Assembly: GCF_009914755.1 (NCBI RefSeq)
Contig: NC_060930.1
Origin: the human T2T-CHM13v2.0 reference genome, Homo sapiens
DNA: 64,000 nucleotides
Reading direction: 5' to 3' (one strand)
Below are positions 25,516 to 37,167 of the stretch, piece by piece. Numbering within the stretch: position 1 is the stretch's first letter; the number at the start of each line of letters is the position of its first letter. The notes beneath the pieces were generated by a model that ran no database searches, was not told the DNA's origin, and worked only from the letters and a program-made list of their open reading frames with translations. The position numbers and the translations under genes are program-made.

Positions 25516-28500
25516 AGTTTCATTCTTTTTGAGAGAATTATGTATTCAATGTCGTGCATTGAAAATGAGTTCCCTAAGTGAAGGCTGCTAAATACAAAAG
25601 ACATATGTGTATAATCTCAAAATAATAGGTGAAAACCTGAAGATATAAAGGGTTATGTTTGAAGATAGAGTTAAACATATGGTGTCTGCTTTGAAATTCT
25701 CTTTCTATATTTGGGCATGATCTTTTTCATAGATATGCAAGCATAGTCTCTTTTTCTTTGACTGTCTGTTTACACGTCATAGTCGCAACCTCCTAGTGAA
25801 GAAAAATTTTTCCAGTTTTAAAAATTTGCAAGTAAGAAAATAAAATTGTCACAGTGTGAAACTGGATTTTCAATGCAAAGCTGTTATGACAAGAAAAAAA
25901 CATACAGTTTAAGGCAGATATTTCAAAATTCTATTTTCCTTGAACCAAATTTCACCTTTTTTCCCTCCATTGTTGCTTAAATAATTTTTGAATGCATTCA
26001 GATAACAACTTGGAAAAGTGAAATGTTATACTCACACATCAAACAGGCATTCCTTCAATAGGACAATTTTTGTGTTCTGCATTAGAAAGAACAAGACTCC
26101 TTTAAGGGGGAACCCTCCCTACTTAAACAATGAAGGCAAGAAAAGGTTACATGCCTTTAGGGCTTTCCTTTCACTATCTTTACCAAAGGAAGACGTACAA
26201 AGAGAAGTTAAGCTTCCTTCTACAAGGCAGTGACCATGATGAAGAATTTTTTTTTTTTTTTTTTTTAATAGTACTCAGGCCAGATCCTAGTGCAGGTGGG
26301 TGTTTTCCAAACAGAATCTGTCTGGTGGAATGAGAAGCACCGTGGAAGTCAGATTCTCCTGCTTTCCATCTGTGGATGTCTGTCATTTGGGGACAATGAC
26401 CAGCACTATATTTTCTTAACCCAATATGGACAGAGTATGTGTTTGGATTGTATTGTGTGACATCCCCTTCTCTATCGAACAGGCTCAAGAGGGGAGGGGG
26501 TGGGGTCTGGCTTTTTAAGGATGGGTCTAATGCGTTCAGCTGTTATCACACTTTGCTGATTGTAATCACTCGTTTTATGGTTTCTTTTCCAGCTGCTCCA
26601 AAAATTCATTGCAATATCCTCTAGGTTTATTTTTAATATCCCATAATTCAAAGATCTAAGAAAGAAGAGTTGAAATAGAAATCCATGTCCTGATTCTCTC
26701 CCATTTTTTTTTTTTCTCTTGGGGAAGAAGGGATTTAGGATTTGGACACATTCCTCAAAATCCTCTCTGGAGAAATGTGTTCTTTTCTTTAGGGAAGGAG
26801 CCAGCTTGGAGCACATTCACAGGCTTATTCAATTGATAGAGGAATTGGGAACTGATCCTATGTAAATATACAAAATATTTTAAATTCAAAAAATTAATTC
26901 TTTCTTCAGAGCATTTATGTTTAAAATGTTTCCTTTTTGAGTGGTAGCAAAACAATAGTACTCTGTTGGCATTTTAGGATTTCGAGATTCCCTGAATAAA
27001 GTATTTGCTCTAAACTCTGTTATCCTAAACTTATTTAGTAAAGGGTAAGAACGTATCGCTCTTTAAACTGCAGAACGCTTTCATGCATGGGAAAACTAAA
27101 AGGCAAGGGGATCCCCATATGTGCTGTCTCTGAAAATATCTTGACTTACATTTTAAAATCAACTTATTTCAGGGGAAGTGGACCCTATCAGTTTTCTTTG
27201 TTTTCCCCATTTAGTCCTCTGAAGAGCTAGATCTGAGAAATGATTCAGCTAGAATTATAGGTTGCCATTTCTTCATTTTCCACTACATAGCAGCAGCTCC
27301 TTTCAGTCATTTTTAAGTCCTTTAAAAGCCCATATGGGGAAGAGGGGGAGGGGACTGCCTGTAAATCATAAGGACCCAGTTTCTTGATTTCAGTGAAGGG
27401 TAGTTTTACTGTCCGCTGTCACCACAGCTGTCAGCAGGATGCCTTAAACATCCTAATTGTCACTAGGGATCAGATTGTTCCTTAACTAATTGTTTAGATC
27501 AGCTAATCTACATCCATCATCTGCAAAGGGCAGGCAGCCCCAGGCATCCTGTAATTTAGATAAAACTCCTTTTCTGGGTCTAAACACATTGTTTGGGTGA
27601 CCAAGGGTCAGGTACCAAAAAGCCTACCTAGGGGTGGAACAAGAGTGGAGATTGTATACTGAGGACCCGGTGAGCCTCCAAGCTTACAAGCCCAGACCAC
27701 CTGCATGTGTCCCACTCAAACAACTGTGAATCAGTAGAAGATTCCATGTCATTGATCGCAATATGCCAAGAGCCCAAACAGAGCAGACAGCCAAGATCAC
27801 TGCCTGAGTCAGCCCTTGTGTTTGCACTCATATGGGCTTTGAGGTACTCGTTATGACACAAATGTGCTGGGTATTTTTGAGCTATTTGCAAGGCTTTCTT
27901 GAGTTATACTTCTAAAAACACATCAACAACAGCGACATAGTATAAATTATATATGCAACACACACATTTCATGTTAGAATGAAGTCTCCCTTCTAAGAAC
28001 CTCTGCTTTAATAAGCTTTCTAAAACAATTGGTGAATTCGTTATTTTAGACTGTGAGGTAGTTTTTCTTGCATTCATCTGCTCATTCTTCCTTCAATAAA
28101 AATTTATTTCAAACTCTCATGAGCTTGGCAAGAAGGTTTTTGTGCCTCAGGAATGCAATTCGTTTAGAAACAAGCCATCCCCTTACATTCATATAGTTCT
28201 TATCTCAGAGTGCTTTCAAAATAACTAACGAATCGATTTAAAAGTAAAAAAAAAAAAAAAGTAAAAGCAAGCAGGCCTTGAACTGAGCAGAAGTGAAGAG
28301 GAGTAGAAAGACAAATGTTTGATAAATGATAAACAAACAAACAAATACAGCCTTCCCAAGAGTGAAATTCAACCATTCATTAAGATAATTTAAGAAAAGG
28401 GGTCTAGGGACTTCTAAAAAACAGAACTTTGGAAAACCCTCCACAGTTATCTCACTCATTCAGATTTAGTATAAATCCTATTAATTTTGCAGTAAAGAAC

Positions 28501-28619
28501 CCTACTAATTTTGTTTAGGATGGCCTTTCTCTCACTTTCTTTAGTTTTTCTTTTAATGTAATAGTATACCTATTAATATTTTATAGAAGTACAGTGCTAT
28601 GAAATGGAATCTGGAAAAA

Positions 28620-28815
28620 TAATAAAAGAACAATTGCTAAATTGTAGCCAGCATTTATTGTGGTTTACCTATTTAGCAGGCATTATTGTAAGCATTTTAC
28701 AAATAGTAATTCATTTAATTATCACAACAACCCTATGATGTAGGTACTTTTATTATTCCCACTTTGTGGGGAAATTGATTCACAGAGAGGTTAATTTACA
28801 CAAGATCACAGATTG
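28620..28815 (-). mobile_element. MIR SINE
   Basis: aattcatttaattatcacaacaaccctatgatgtaggtacttttattattcccact, reverse MIR. Confidence 0.75.
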
Positions 28816-29199
28816 TGCTGGTGAGATAGCAGAGAATAGCAGTCAAACTTGGGAAAACCTTTTAGAGGAATCAGGTTCTGAAATGGGAATTAAAGGCTGG
28901 CAGGAATGGGGGTTTGTTGTCCCACAGAGGCAGATAGACAAGGAACACAGACTTTAGATGCTGGAGGTTTCCGTAAAATTGGATTGGAAAGAAAATGGGC
29001 CCAGTCTGGGGCAGAAGAGAAATGACAGCCATAGGGCTGACAGGGACACCAGGGCAGCTACAGTAAGTGATGATCGGCTATGGTCCAGCTTCTGACACTC
29101 AGAAACTTCATTTTGTCACTTTCACCTATTACAGCGACTAAAAGAACTTAGGAAATCTATAGACTGCTTTTCTTCCCTGCCCCTGACTGCCATCATTTT

Positions 29200-30560
29200 C
29201 TACAGAATTTTCTTTTCTAGTTGCAAAAGTAGTCTGTATTTATTGTAGAAAATATAAAAAATAAAACACACACATGCCCAGAGGAAAAGAGAAAATTAAA
29301 ACATTTCTAATTCTACCTCCCAGAGATAATCACTTTCAGCATTTTCCATGTATAATTTCAGACATAAAATAAGAAAATTGACTTAAATCTACATAGAACT
29401 TTGCCATTTCCTTCCCCTCCCCACAGCTTAGCTTGATGTAGTAAATATTTTTCATGTTTTTATATATCAGTTTTATTAAATTCATTAAATTAAATTAATT
29501 TATTTAACAGATCTGCTGTTGATAGTAGATGGTTTCTTTCTCTTGTGTGAGATTATTTTCTTATAGTTTCATGCAAACTCATTAAATCATAATTTATTAA
29601 CAGATAAAATGATTTTTATATTGCTAAATGCTCTCTGTAGATGTACTGTTTTATCCCTGTGGCAGCATAGACTGAAAAAGCCATTTCCCCACATACCACA
29701 CCATAGAGATACAGAAGTTTCTAACTTTTGATTTAGAAGCTTTCTCCGAAAGGCAAAGCTGTAACTCAGAGCAAACCCGAGTCACCTCTGAGTGCCACCA
29801 ACAGGTGGCGATGGCTGCTACCAGGATGGAGGCATTTGACACTTTACGAATTAAAGCAGTCTTCTAGACGTTAACCTTTAAAAGGGATAAATTTTATAAG
29901 TAAAAATGGTATTTCTTGTTTGAATTTCGGTTTGGTTATTAAAAAACACTGAATGGTTTTTTGCATGTTCATCTGTACTGCTTTTGCAAATTGTCTTCTC
30001 ACTTCTTTTGCCCATTCTCTTTATACTGGGGTGTTCATCATTGTCATATTATTTATAAATTATCTTTATGGTCAGTACATTATGAGTATTATTTCAGGTT
30101 TACATTTGTCTTTTAATTCATAGTTTTTTAAAACTTGGATAAGGAAGTTATACAGAAGTTTTAAATGTTTATATAGCCATTTCTATTTTATTCCTTAAGA
30201 TTTGTTTCTTTGCATTCTTAAAAGGGCTCTCTTTACCTCAAAATCAGAAAAATATTCTTCTGCCTTTCCTTTGTTTTTTAAGTACTTAACTTTTTGATGC
30301 ATCTGTTATTTATTTCAGTTTAAGGTACTGGGGAGAAAATCGACATTTTTTTTTCCAAAGAGCTAACTGTTTCTGTACCATTTTTAATAATCCCACCTTT
30401 CTGTAAAGATTAGAGATATTACCTTAGCCTATAATAAAGCCTTATATCCACTGGAGCCTATTTCAGACCTTTCCATTCTATCCCACTGGAATTTATTTAA
30501 CTACTAGAGCCACCTGTTTCTTCAAAACACCTTAAGATATTGTAGGGCTGGTCTACCTCA
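29200..30560 (-). mobile_element. L1ME fragments (reverse), split by a ~155 bp insert at 29731-29886
   Basis: cccagagataatcactttcagcatttt, ccatttccccacat, aaaaatggtattt, ttttgcccatt, cagaagttttaaat are reverse L1ME 3' region motifs. Confidence 0.6.
29798..29812 (+). promoter_or_regulatory. CTCF-like motif
   Basis: CCAACAGGTGGCGAT matches 13/15 positions of CCASYAGRKGGCRSY. Confidence 0.4.
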
Positions 30561-30805
30561 TCATTTTTTCTATTTTGTTTTTACTCTTTTAAAATATTGT
30601 ATTGGATTTGATTTTCAAATTACTATGTTAACACATGTGTCTTAGAATAAATTAAACAGTAGAGCATGGTGTATATATAAAGTTAATAACTTCTCTCTCT
30701 CTAGTCCCATCACCAAGGCTTATAGTGTGGTGAATACATTTTTACACTTTTCTCTGTGTTCTTTCTTATGAGCAAATAATAATAATACATGATAGTAAGG
30801 AGAAT

Positions 30806-32209
30806 TTCTTTTACCATTGAAACTAAAAACCATTTTTTCACTTAAAAAAGTATTTAGAACACATAAAACAAGGCAGCATTTACTCGTTTTTCTCATCTTC
30901 TAGTATGGGATCTCTTGGTGGCCCCTCCACTGTTGCACCATTTCTCTCTGAGCCAATGTTACTGTCACTGGTTCCTTCCTCTGCCATACTGTCGACCCTC
31001 TCCTGCCCACTCTCCTTGTCCTCAGTAGATTTGCCTTCTTCACCGTTCTGTTGGCTCTGTTGTTTCTTCAAGGCGTGTCTCCTCTGTCTCTATTGGAATG
31101 TTCTCATTGTCTTTTTTTTCCTCGCCTTTGTTGGCCACTGGCTCTTCCTCAGGAATGATGCTGCTCTCACTGCACTAAACTTGCTCTGCTGCCTCCTTCT
31201 CCCTTTCCTCCTGCCTTTTGTGGGTCTGTTCCTCTGCCTGTGCCATCTCAGCTACAATTTTCTCCAGATCCATTTCTATCTTCAGACCACACAACCTTTT
31301 AAGTTCATTGTTAAATGAATCTGTGCTTTCCAGGAATTTCGCCTTCTCCTGGTGTCGATCCTCTTTTGGAAGAAGTTCAGCTTCTAGTTTTCGCTGATGA
31401 ACCATTAAGGACTGGACCTGTTGTTTGGGGACCTGCATTCTAGTTGTTGTGACAACTGACTGAACCTCTGGTACCACACTCTCACTAAGGATTTCACTGA
31501 TGAGGCGGCGGTTTCTCTGGAAACGGACGGTGGCTGTATCTTCATTGAAAAGCCATCATCATAATCAACTGATCTTCAGCAGAGAAGGCTCGTGTAAGGT
31601 TCTCCTTTCTCCATGTGAGACTGTTTGGGTTGACTGTCTTCCTCTAAAGCAGCTTCTGCAAGACTTTTTGCATTTATGTAAGCGAGGTACACGGGGGAAT
31701 TATGATGGGCGTTCATAGATTCATTGTACTCTATCTTTTCTACTTCATATTCGTTTAAATATTGTTTCTCTTCATCAGCAAGATCTTGCCACATGCCAGC
31801 AATAATCTTGCCAATTTCCCACAACTTTACGTCAGGGTTGGAAGCCTTTACTTGGTCCCAGACCTTTCTGCTGTACCTCATGTAGGGCATCAGCGGCTTA
31901 TCTGGTGGCTTTGGGGGTTTTGGAATCGTAATACTGGAGGACCCCCTGACCCGGCTGTTGGTGGCTGGGTTCCCTCCCAGCCTGTAGTTGCTGTAGGCAA
32001 GATGACAGTATGGATTGTATCCTGCAAACGCTGGTGTGCTGGGCATCTGTGTTGCAGAAGCTGGGGTGGGAGATGGGGCATAAGATGGTCTTTTTGGCAT
32101 TTTGGAAGATTAAATTCTCAGTTCCTTAAGAATGAATCTGAGACACCGCAGGTAGACAAAGCGCTGGCAGCTCCGGCTTCGCTTTTCTTTGTCCCATGCA
32201 CGCCCCCAC
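30806..32209 (-). pseudogene. SMARCE1: Processed pseudogene of SMARCE1 (BAF57, SWI/SNF HMG-box subunit); full-length CDS with 5'UTR and short 3'UTR
   Basis: ORFs 31576-32100, 31175-31477 and 30880-31071 match the N-terminus/HMG box ([23 protein letters not shown]), coiled coil ([35 protein letters not shown]) and acidic C-terminus of SMARCE1. Intronless; frameshifts at ~31540-31585 and ~31055; TAG at 31175-31177; A-tail remnant 30806-30812; TSD TAA(G/T)GAGAAT at 30796-30805 and 32210-32219. Which numbered SMARCE1P locus this is cannot be determined here. Confidence 0.97.
31576..32100 (-). other. Residual 174-codon ORF of the retrocopy (Pro-rich N-terminus plus HMG box); expression unknown
   Basis: Open from the ancestral ATG (context ccaaaATG) to a frameshift-derived TGA. 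Confidence 0.3.
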
Positions 32210-33180
32210 TAATGAGAATATTTATCGAGAGCAAGACATTGTTCTAAGCACCCTACCTGAATGATTTCCTTTACTTTTTATCATAAACATATGAAGTAGA
32301 TATTATTGTCATCATCAATACGCAGATGAGCAAACTGAATCACTGGTAGTCTAAATAACCTACCCACGTCACATACTGTAGTTAGTAAGTGGTGGGACCC
32401 AGATTAAATCCAAGCAGACAGGTTCCAGAGCCTGAGCTTTAGAACCTGTCTGCTTATCTATCAAATGTCTTTGATAGACATTTAGACTGTCCTTATTTCT
32501 TGACCACCCTCCAACAATGCTGCTATTAGCATTTCTGTATACAAATTCTTTCATACTGGTAATTTTATTTCTGGCCTATAGTTTCTCAGAAATGATATTG
32601 CTGGATCTTAGGGCACATGATTTTATTTAATAGACATGACCAGATTAGTTTTCACAATGGATACACTAATGAATACTCCCACATATGAAATGTTCTCACA
32701 AACCCTCTTTTTGCTCTTTCTTCCATATTGAAGCCCCAGCATGTGCCCAGCGTTGTTCTCAGCACTGGGATGTGAAGGTGGTCAAAGCAGATGTGGGTCC
32801 TGCTCTTGAGGGGCCACAGATTTCGCTCACACAAGATATCATTCTCTTTCTCCATTCCTCAGAAGCACCACAAGCAAACACAACAGAGAGTACCCCACAG
32901 GGAACAACTTAAAGATGAACACAAAATGACTAACTATTTTCTTAACCTGCCCTGTCCTTCCACACCACTACCTACACAATCCTCCCTTCACTCGGACCAT
33001 TCTCTCTCCTGAGTCAGTCGTCTGCCACATTTCCAGGACCTCTGATCTTACAAATCTCCAGGAAGGACTTTCCAAACGAAGGATGATTTACCTTTCTGTT
33101 TCCTGTTTTTCCTCTCAGGCCCCACCCAGGGAACCTCCTTTGAACAACAATAAGAACATCAGCAAGTGTAGACCATGGCC

Positions 33181-33300
33181 TGCCTGCCTTTCCTTCCCTC
33201 CCTCCCTCCGTCCCTCCCTCCCTTCCTTCCTTCCCTCCTTCCTTCCTTCCTTCCATCCTTCCTTCCTTTCTTCCTTCCTTCCCTCCCTCCCTCCCTCCCA
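33181..33300. repeat. (CCTT)n/(CCCT)n polypyrimidine simple repeat
   Basis: Directly visible. Confidence 0.95.
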
Positions 33301-34014
33301 GTCTCTTCTTCTTCTGCAGGCTTATCTCCCATAATTTCTTCTTTTATTTTGGTTCTTGCGACAAAGTGTTAATTATCTTTTGATTTGTCTCTCTCCATCC
33401 TCCCAGCTATCTGAGGGCAGGAACATTTCTCAATCATCTTTGAACCCTAGAACTACAATACAACAAATGTTTTTCCTGAGTGAATGGTGGATGGATGGAT
33501 AGATTAATATCCACTATCTTCCCTAACCACCCCATGAAACCAACTTTCATGATATTGAAATGGAAAAGCTATGATTGAATTCTATATGTTTATTTATTAC
33601 ATCACATCAAAGAATAAAGAATGTGCTAAAATAAATTAGTGCACTTAATAATCTAGCCAGCCGCGCCTCTTTTCACTGACCTATTGACAGGGAAATCCAT
33701 TATGTCCGTCCCACCTGAGATATTATATCCCTGCATTATTGGTTCAGACAGTATGATTCAGTTGAGACTTGTCAATGCTTTTGTTAGTGAGGAGGCTTCT
33801 CCAAGCACTGCTGATTTGAAAGGATTAATCCTTGAAAGAAATTGGACTAAGCCTTACAAAAAATAATGGATAGTCTTGAAAAAACCTTTGCCTGGAGAAT
33901 GACTTTTCTCTGCCATACAATGCAAGGAAGTAAGTGTACTGTAATCTCATAACTTGCAGTATTTTCATCACATCTGATATTTCTACTTGTTTATCTTCTC
34001 TTTATCCTCAGAGA

Positions 34015-34240
34015 GACAGTGCTGCTTAGTGTTTAAGACCAAGAATTCACAAGCAGGACTGCTGGGTTTAAATCCCAGCTTACTATCTTGGGAAAGATGT
34101 TTCAACCAGCTGCCTAAGTTGCACAATTTCAGGGAGTGCCCTACACATAGAACACAACATAGGATGATGCATGTAGAGCATTATAGGCCATTTAAACCTA
34201 GCAAGTAGCATTCATTAAATAAGCAAATGTTAACACTACT
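34015..34240 (+). mobile_element. MIR SINE
   Basis: cagtgctgcttagtgtttaagacc...ctgggtttaaatcccagct...cattcattaaata. Confidence 0.5.
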
Positions 34241-34669
34241 GTCTTCCTAGCACCCCTATTAATAGACATTTTTAGCATCATCTCAAAGGTGGATATATTA
34301 TGTTGCAAAAAGATTAAGTGTCTTGTTCAAAGTTAAACAGAAGTGACAAATGGGCTGCTGACTTCCCAATCTCCAGACTCGTAGGCTGAGGCATTTATTT
34401 CCACCTTCATTATTATTAGCACTCCCTCTCCAATAATGTGTGACATGTTTTATTTTATTGTTGTTTTTGCTTGTTCATTTTCAGCTTTCCCAGATATGGC
34501 TTTAAATCTGGGCATGGCATACGAATTTGCAATGACCCATACCAAAATAAAATCAGCTACTACCACGGCAAAATACTAATTTGGGATCCTGTTGCTGGTT
34601 ACTACCATATTCAACATTAAACTGTCCTAGCTCCCAGTTACCAGCCTCACCCTCTTCCACATACCTTTT

Positions 34670-34800
34670 CAATGCCTTATGTTTTTACTAGATTATAAGT
34701 CCCTTGAGGACAGGGACTGTGCCTTATTCATTTTTTAATCCCACCCAAGGATTTACATAGTGTTTCATATAAAGTAGATACTCAATAAATGTTTGCTATA
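34670..34800 (+). mobile_element. L2 3' end
   Basis: actagattataagtcccttgaggacagggactgtgccttattcatt...gtagatactcaataaatgtttg. Confidence 0.7.
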
Positions 34801-35984
34801 TAAAATAAATAGGAGCTTATTATCTAAAAAAAATCTACAAATCCATTATTTCCTGCTCTCAATTTAAGGATAGAGTCTGTCTGACTCTATAAAGAGGGCA
34901 TTTTCATGATAAGGTAGTATTTGAGGAGCTAATAAAGAAATTTCTTTATTCAGGAAACATTGGTATGAACTATAGTCACTTTAAATGTGCTGAAATTTTT
35001 AGTTGAGGTTTCTAAAAAACTAACAAAGTTTTAAGGTGATTGCAAAATCCAGTTATCATCTTGAAAGATGAGCAATATTTACATTAATTAAGCTTTAGCA
35101 TTGGCAGAAGGGAGGAAAGGCTGGTAATTTTGGAAAAGGAAGTGTGTATTTTTGTTGAAAAATAAAAATATAATAATTGTTATGATAAATTAGTCTTTCT
35201 TTGAATTCATGCTGCTAATGAAGCCTATCATATTAAATTATCAAGGTAAGTGAAAACCCAATTCATGTCTCAGAATAATAGCTAGGATTAGGATGCATTA
35301 TGTCATGCATTCCAGTCAAAATTTTAATAACCCAAATTAATTTAAATTAAAATCTATAAATCTACTAATGTCACAACTTTTGCATATATGAGGCTATATT
35401 TCAAGAAGAAACTACTTTTTTAACTGACTTGTCTCATAGATAAACCATTTGGTCATAAAAGAATAGGTAAAAGAAATCTTATTTTTGAGATTAAAAATAC
35501 ATATCATTCTTAATTAAGAATATTATGCATGCATTAAAATGCCCAAATGCATTGAGTTATTTCTGATAGCTGCCTTTATGAATGCATTTATTACTACAAA
35601 AGGTTTGCATATTTCCTCTTTTTATATCAATGTGTTTCCCATGCAAGTCAGTAGACATTATCTTTAGACAGTCATTGATTCTTGCAATTTCTCTTTAATG
35701 CTAAATCCTACAAGCTATTGGGAATAAATAATCATGCCTATTTCTTGGCATGAAAATGTCAATTTCACCAAATATTCAATTTTACTTCTATTATTAGCAG
35801 ATTTTCTTTGTGAGTAAAAAGGTAGCTTCACTGTCTTCTCAACTTCAGCTGCATCCCAGCTGTGTTTATTAAACGGAGATTTCGTATTGTCTGGCCTTTT
35901 GTTTTCTGTTCCATCACTTTTCCCATCTGGCTTTCCCCCATATATCCTAGAGAACATATCCGTATTTTTACTGACAGTAGTGTG

Positions 35985-36018
35985 TATACACAGACAGACA
36001 CACACACACGCACACACA
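35985..36018. repeat. Imperfect (CA)n microsatellite
   Basis: Directly visible. Confidence 0.8.
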
Positions 36019-36844
36019 TGTATCTTTCCCTGATGATAGCAGTTAACATTCCTTTAAAAGCTTACATTTCACCTCTGTTCCCCTGTTCACATCTCAACTA
36101 CATGAAATTGGGTGATTTGAAACAATTTAAGCAGCTTCTCACTCAAATATAATTTCTTATGACTTGTGATGGTTTTGAATTCTTGACAACCATTTTCTAT
36201 GCCAGTAAGAGCCCCTGTAAAGGAAGGATTGTTAAGAATTACAAGCACAGAGGCAGTGCCTTAAAGAACAAAGAAGACATATTTTACTTCAAGAAGAATA
36301 AAATGGATTTTCACAGTCATTTGCCAAGATTTCCCTCCTTTCCCAGGTGGAAATAGGATGGCGGTGGAGAAAACATACCCCAACATTTGAGGGGAAATGC
36401 AGCCCAGGAGTTTTCCTTGGTTGGGCATTCTTTTTTTTTTAGAAATGCAAAGATATTCACTTCCTAATTTTTCTGCCACTGTCATTAATGTTTGGAATCC
36501 TATTTTCTTTTAAGTTTCTCCAATTGAGAGGATAAATCACATTTTCTCTTTGTATATCATCCTGAAAGTCAAGTTTAGTCAAAGGTAAGGAAAGAACTTT
36601 GATTCATTTGTGCAAGCAAGATAGGTTTACACAAAATATTTCATGGAATTTTAAAATTATTGGTTTATCTTTCATTTTTCAGAATTATACAATCTTTCTT
36701 TAAAAGTTGTTGAATAGAAAATGGCCATGTATTTGTGAAAAGTTATATGAACAAATCTATTCCAAAAAATAACTATTAATTCCAAATTTAAACATATAAT
36801 TTGTTTTTATTTTTACATTTGCAAATCACATAAAATAATAGTGG

Positions 36845-37105
36845 TCCTTAGTATAGTGCAGTGGTTAAGAGACTGAAAGCAGATGGTCTGGGTTCAAATC
36901 CTAGTCCTGCCACTTTTCAGTTGCTTTGTTTTGGACAGATTATTCAACCTTTCTGTGTCTCATGTTCCTTTTCTGAAAAAGAAGCTAGTAACAGTCCCTC
37001 CCCTACACGGTTGATTTAAGGATTAAATCAGTTAACCCAGGTTAATATCTTAGAACAATGGCTCACACAAAGTAATTTTCTGTCATTGTACATTGCTATT
37101 AGTAG
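36845..37105 (+). mobile_element. MIR SINE
   Basis: agtatagtgcagtggttaagag...ctgggttcaaatcctagtcctgccactt...aggattaaat. Confidence 0.75.
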
Positions 37106-37165
37106 TTATTGGTAGTTCTTCTTACAGCATTTATCAATCTGGTTGCATGGATTATATAGGTCAAG

Positions 37166-37167
<2 letters not shown>

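Larger units (their letters stand above)
30775..32445 (-). mobile_element. MIR (reverse), interrupted near its tail by the SMARCE1 retrocopy; body at 32220-32445
   Basis: aataataataat on the left; atttatcgag...ttgttctaagc...cagatgagcaaactga...tagtaagtggtgggacc...ttccagagcc on the right. Confidence 0.65.
30580..32682 (-). mobile_element. L1ME (reverse) split into ~30580-30770 and ~32450-32682 by a MIR and the retrocopy
   Basis: Right part gatagacatttagactg...aacaatgctgc...agaaatgatattgctggatc...actcccac matches reverse L1ME; left part resembles its extreme 3' end. Confidence 0.5.

Noticed and set aside
31831-31932. 34 unchanged residues at the start of the HMG box as proof of selection
   Set aside because: At ~16% amino-acid divergence, one such run somewhere in ~410 codons is not improbable; formal dN/dS is needed
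30905-32247. Plus-strand ORFs 30905-31318, 31500-31718 and 31762-32247, and minus-strand 31890-32081
   Set aside because: Antisense or alternate-frame shadows of the SMARCE1 retrocopy with no independent support
33014-33372. ORFs rich in EGRKEG / PSFL
   Set aside because: Translations of the CCTT simple repeat
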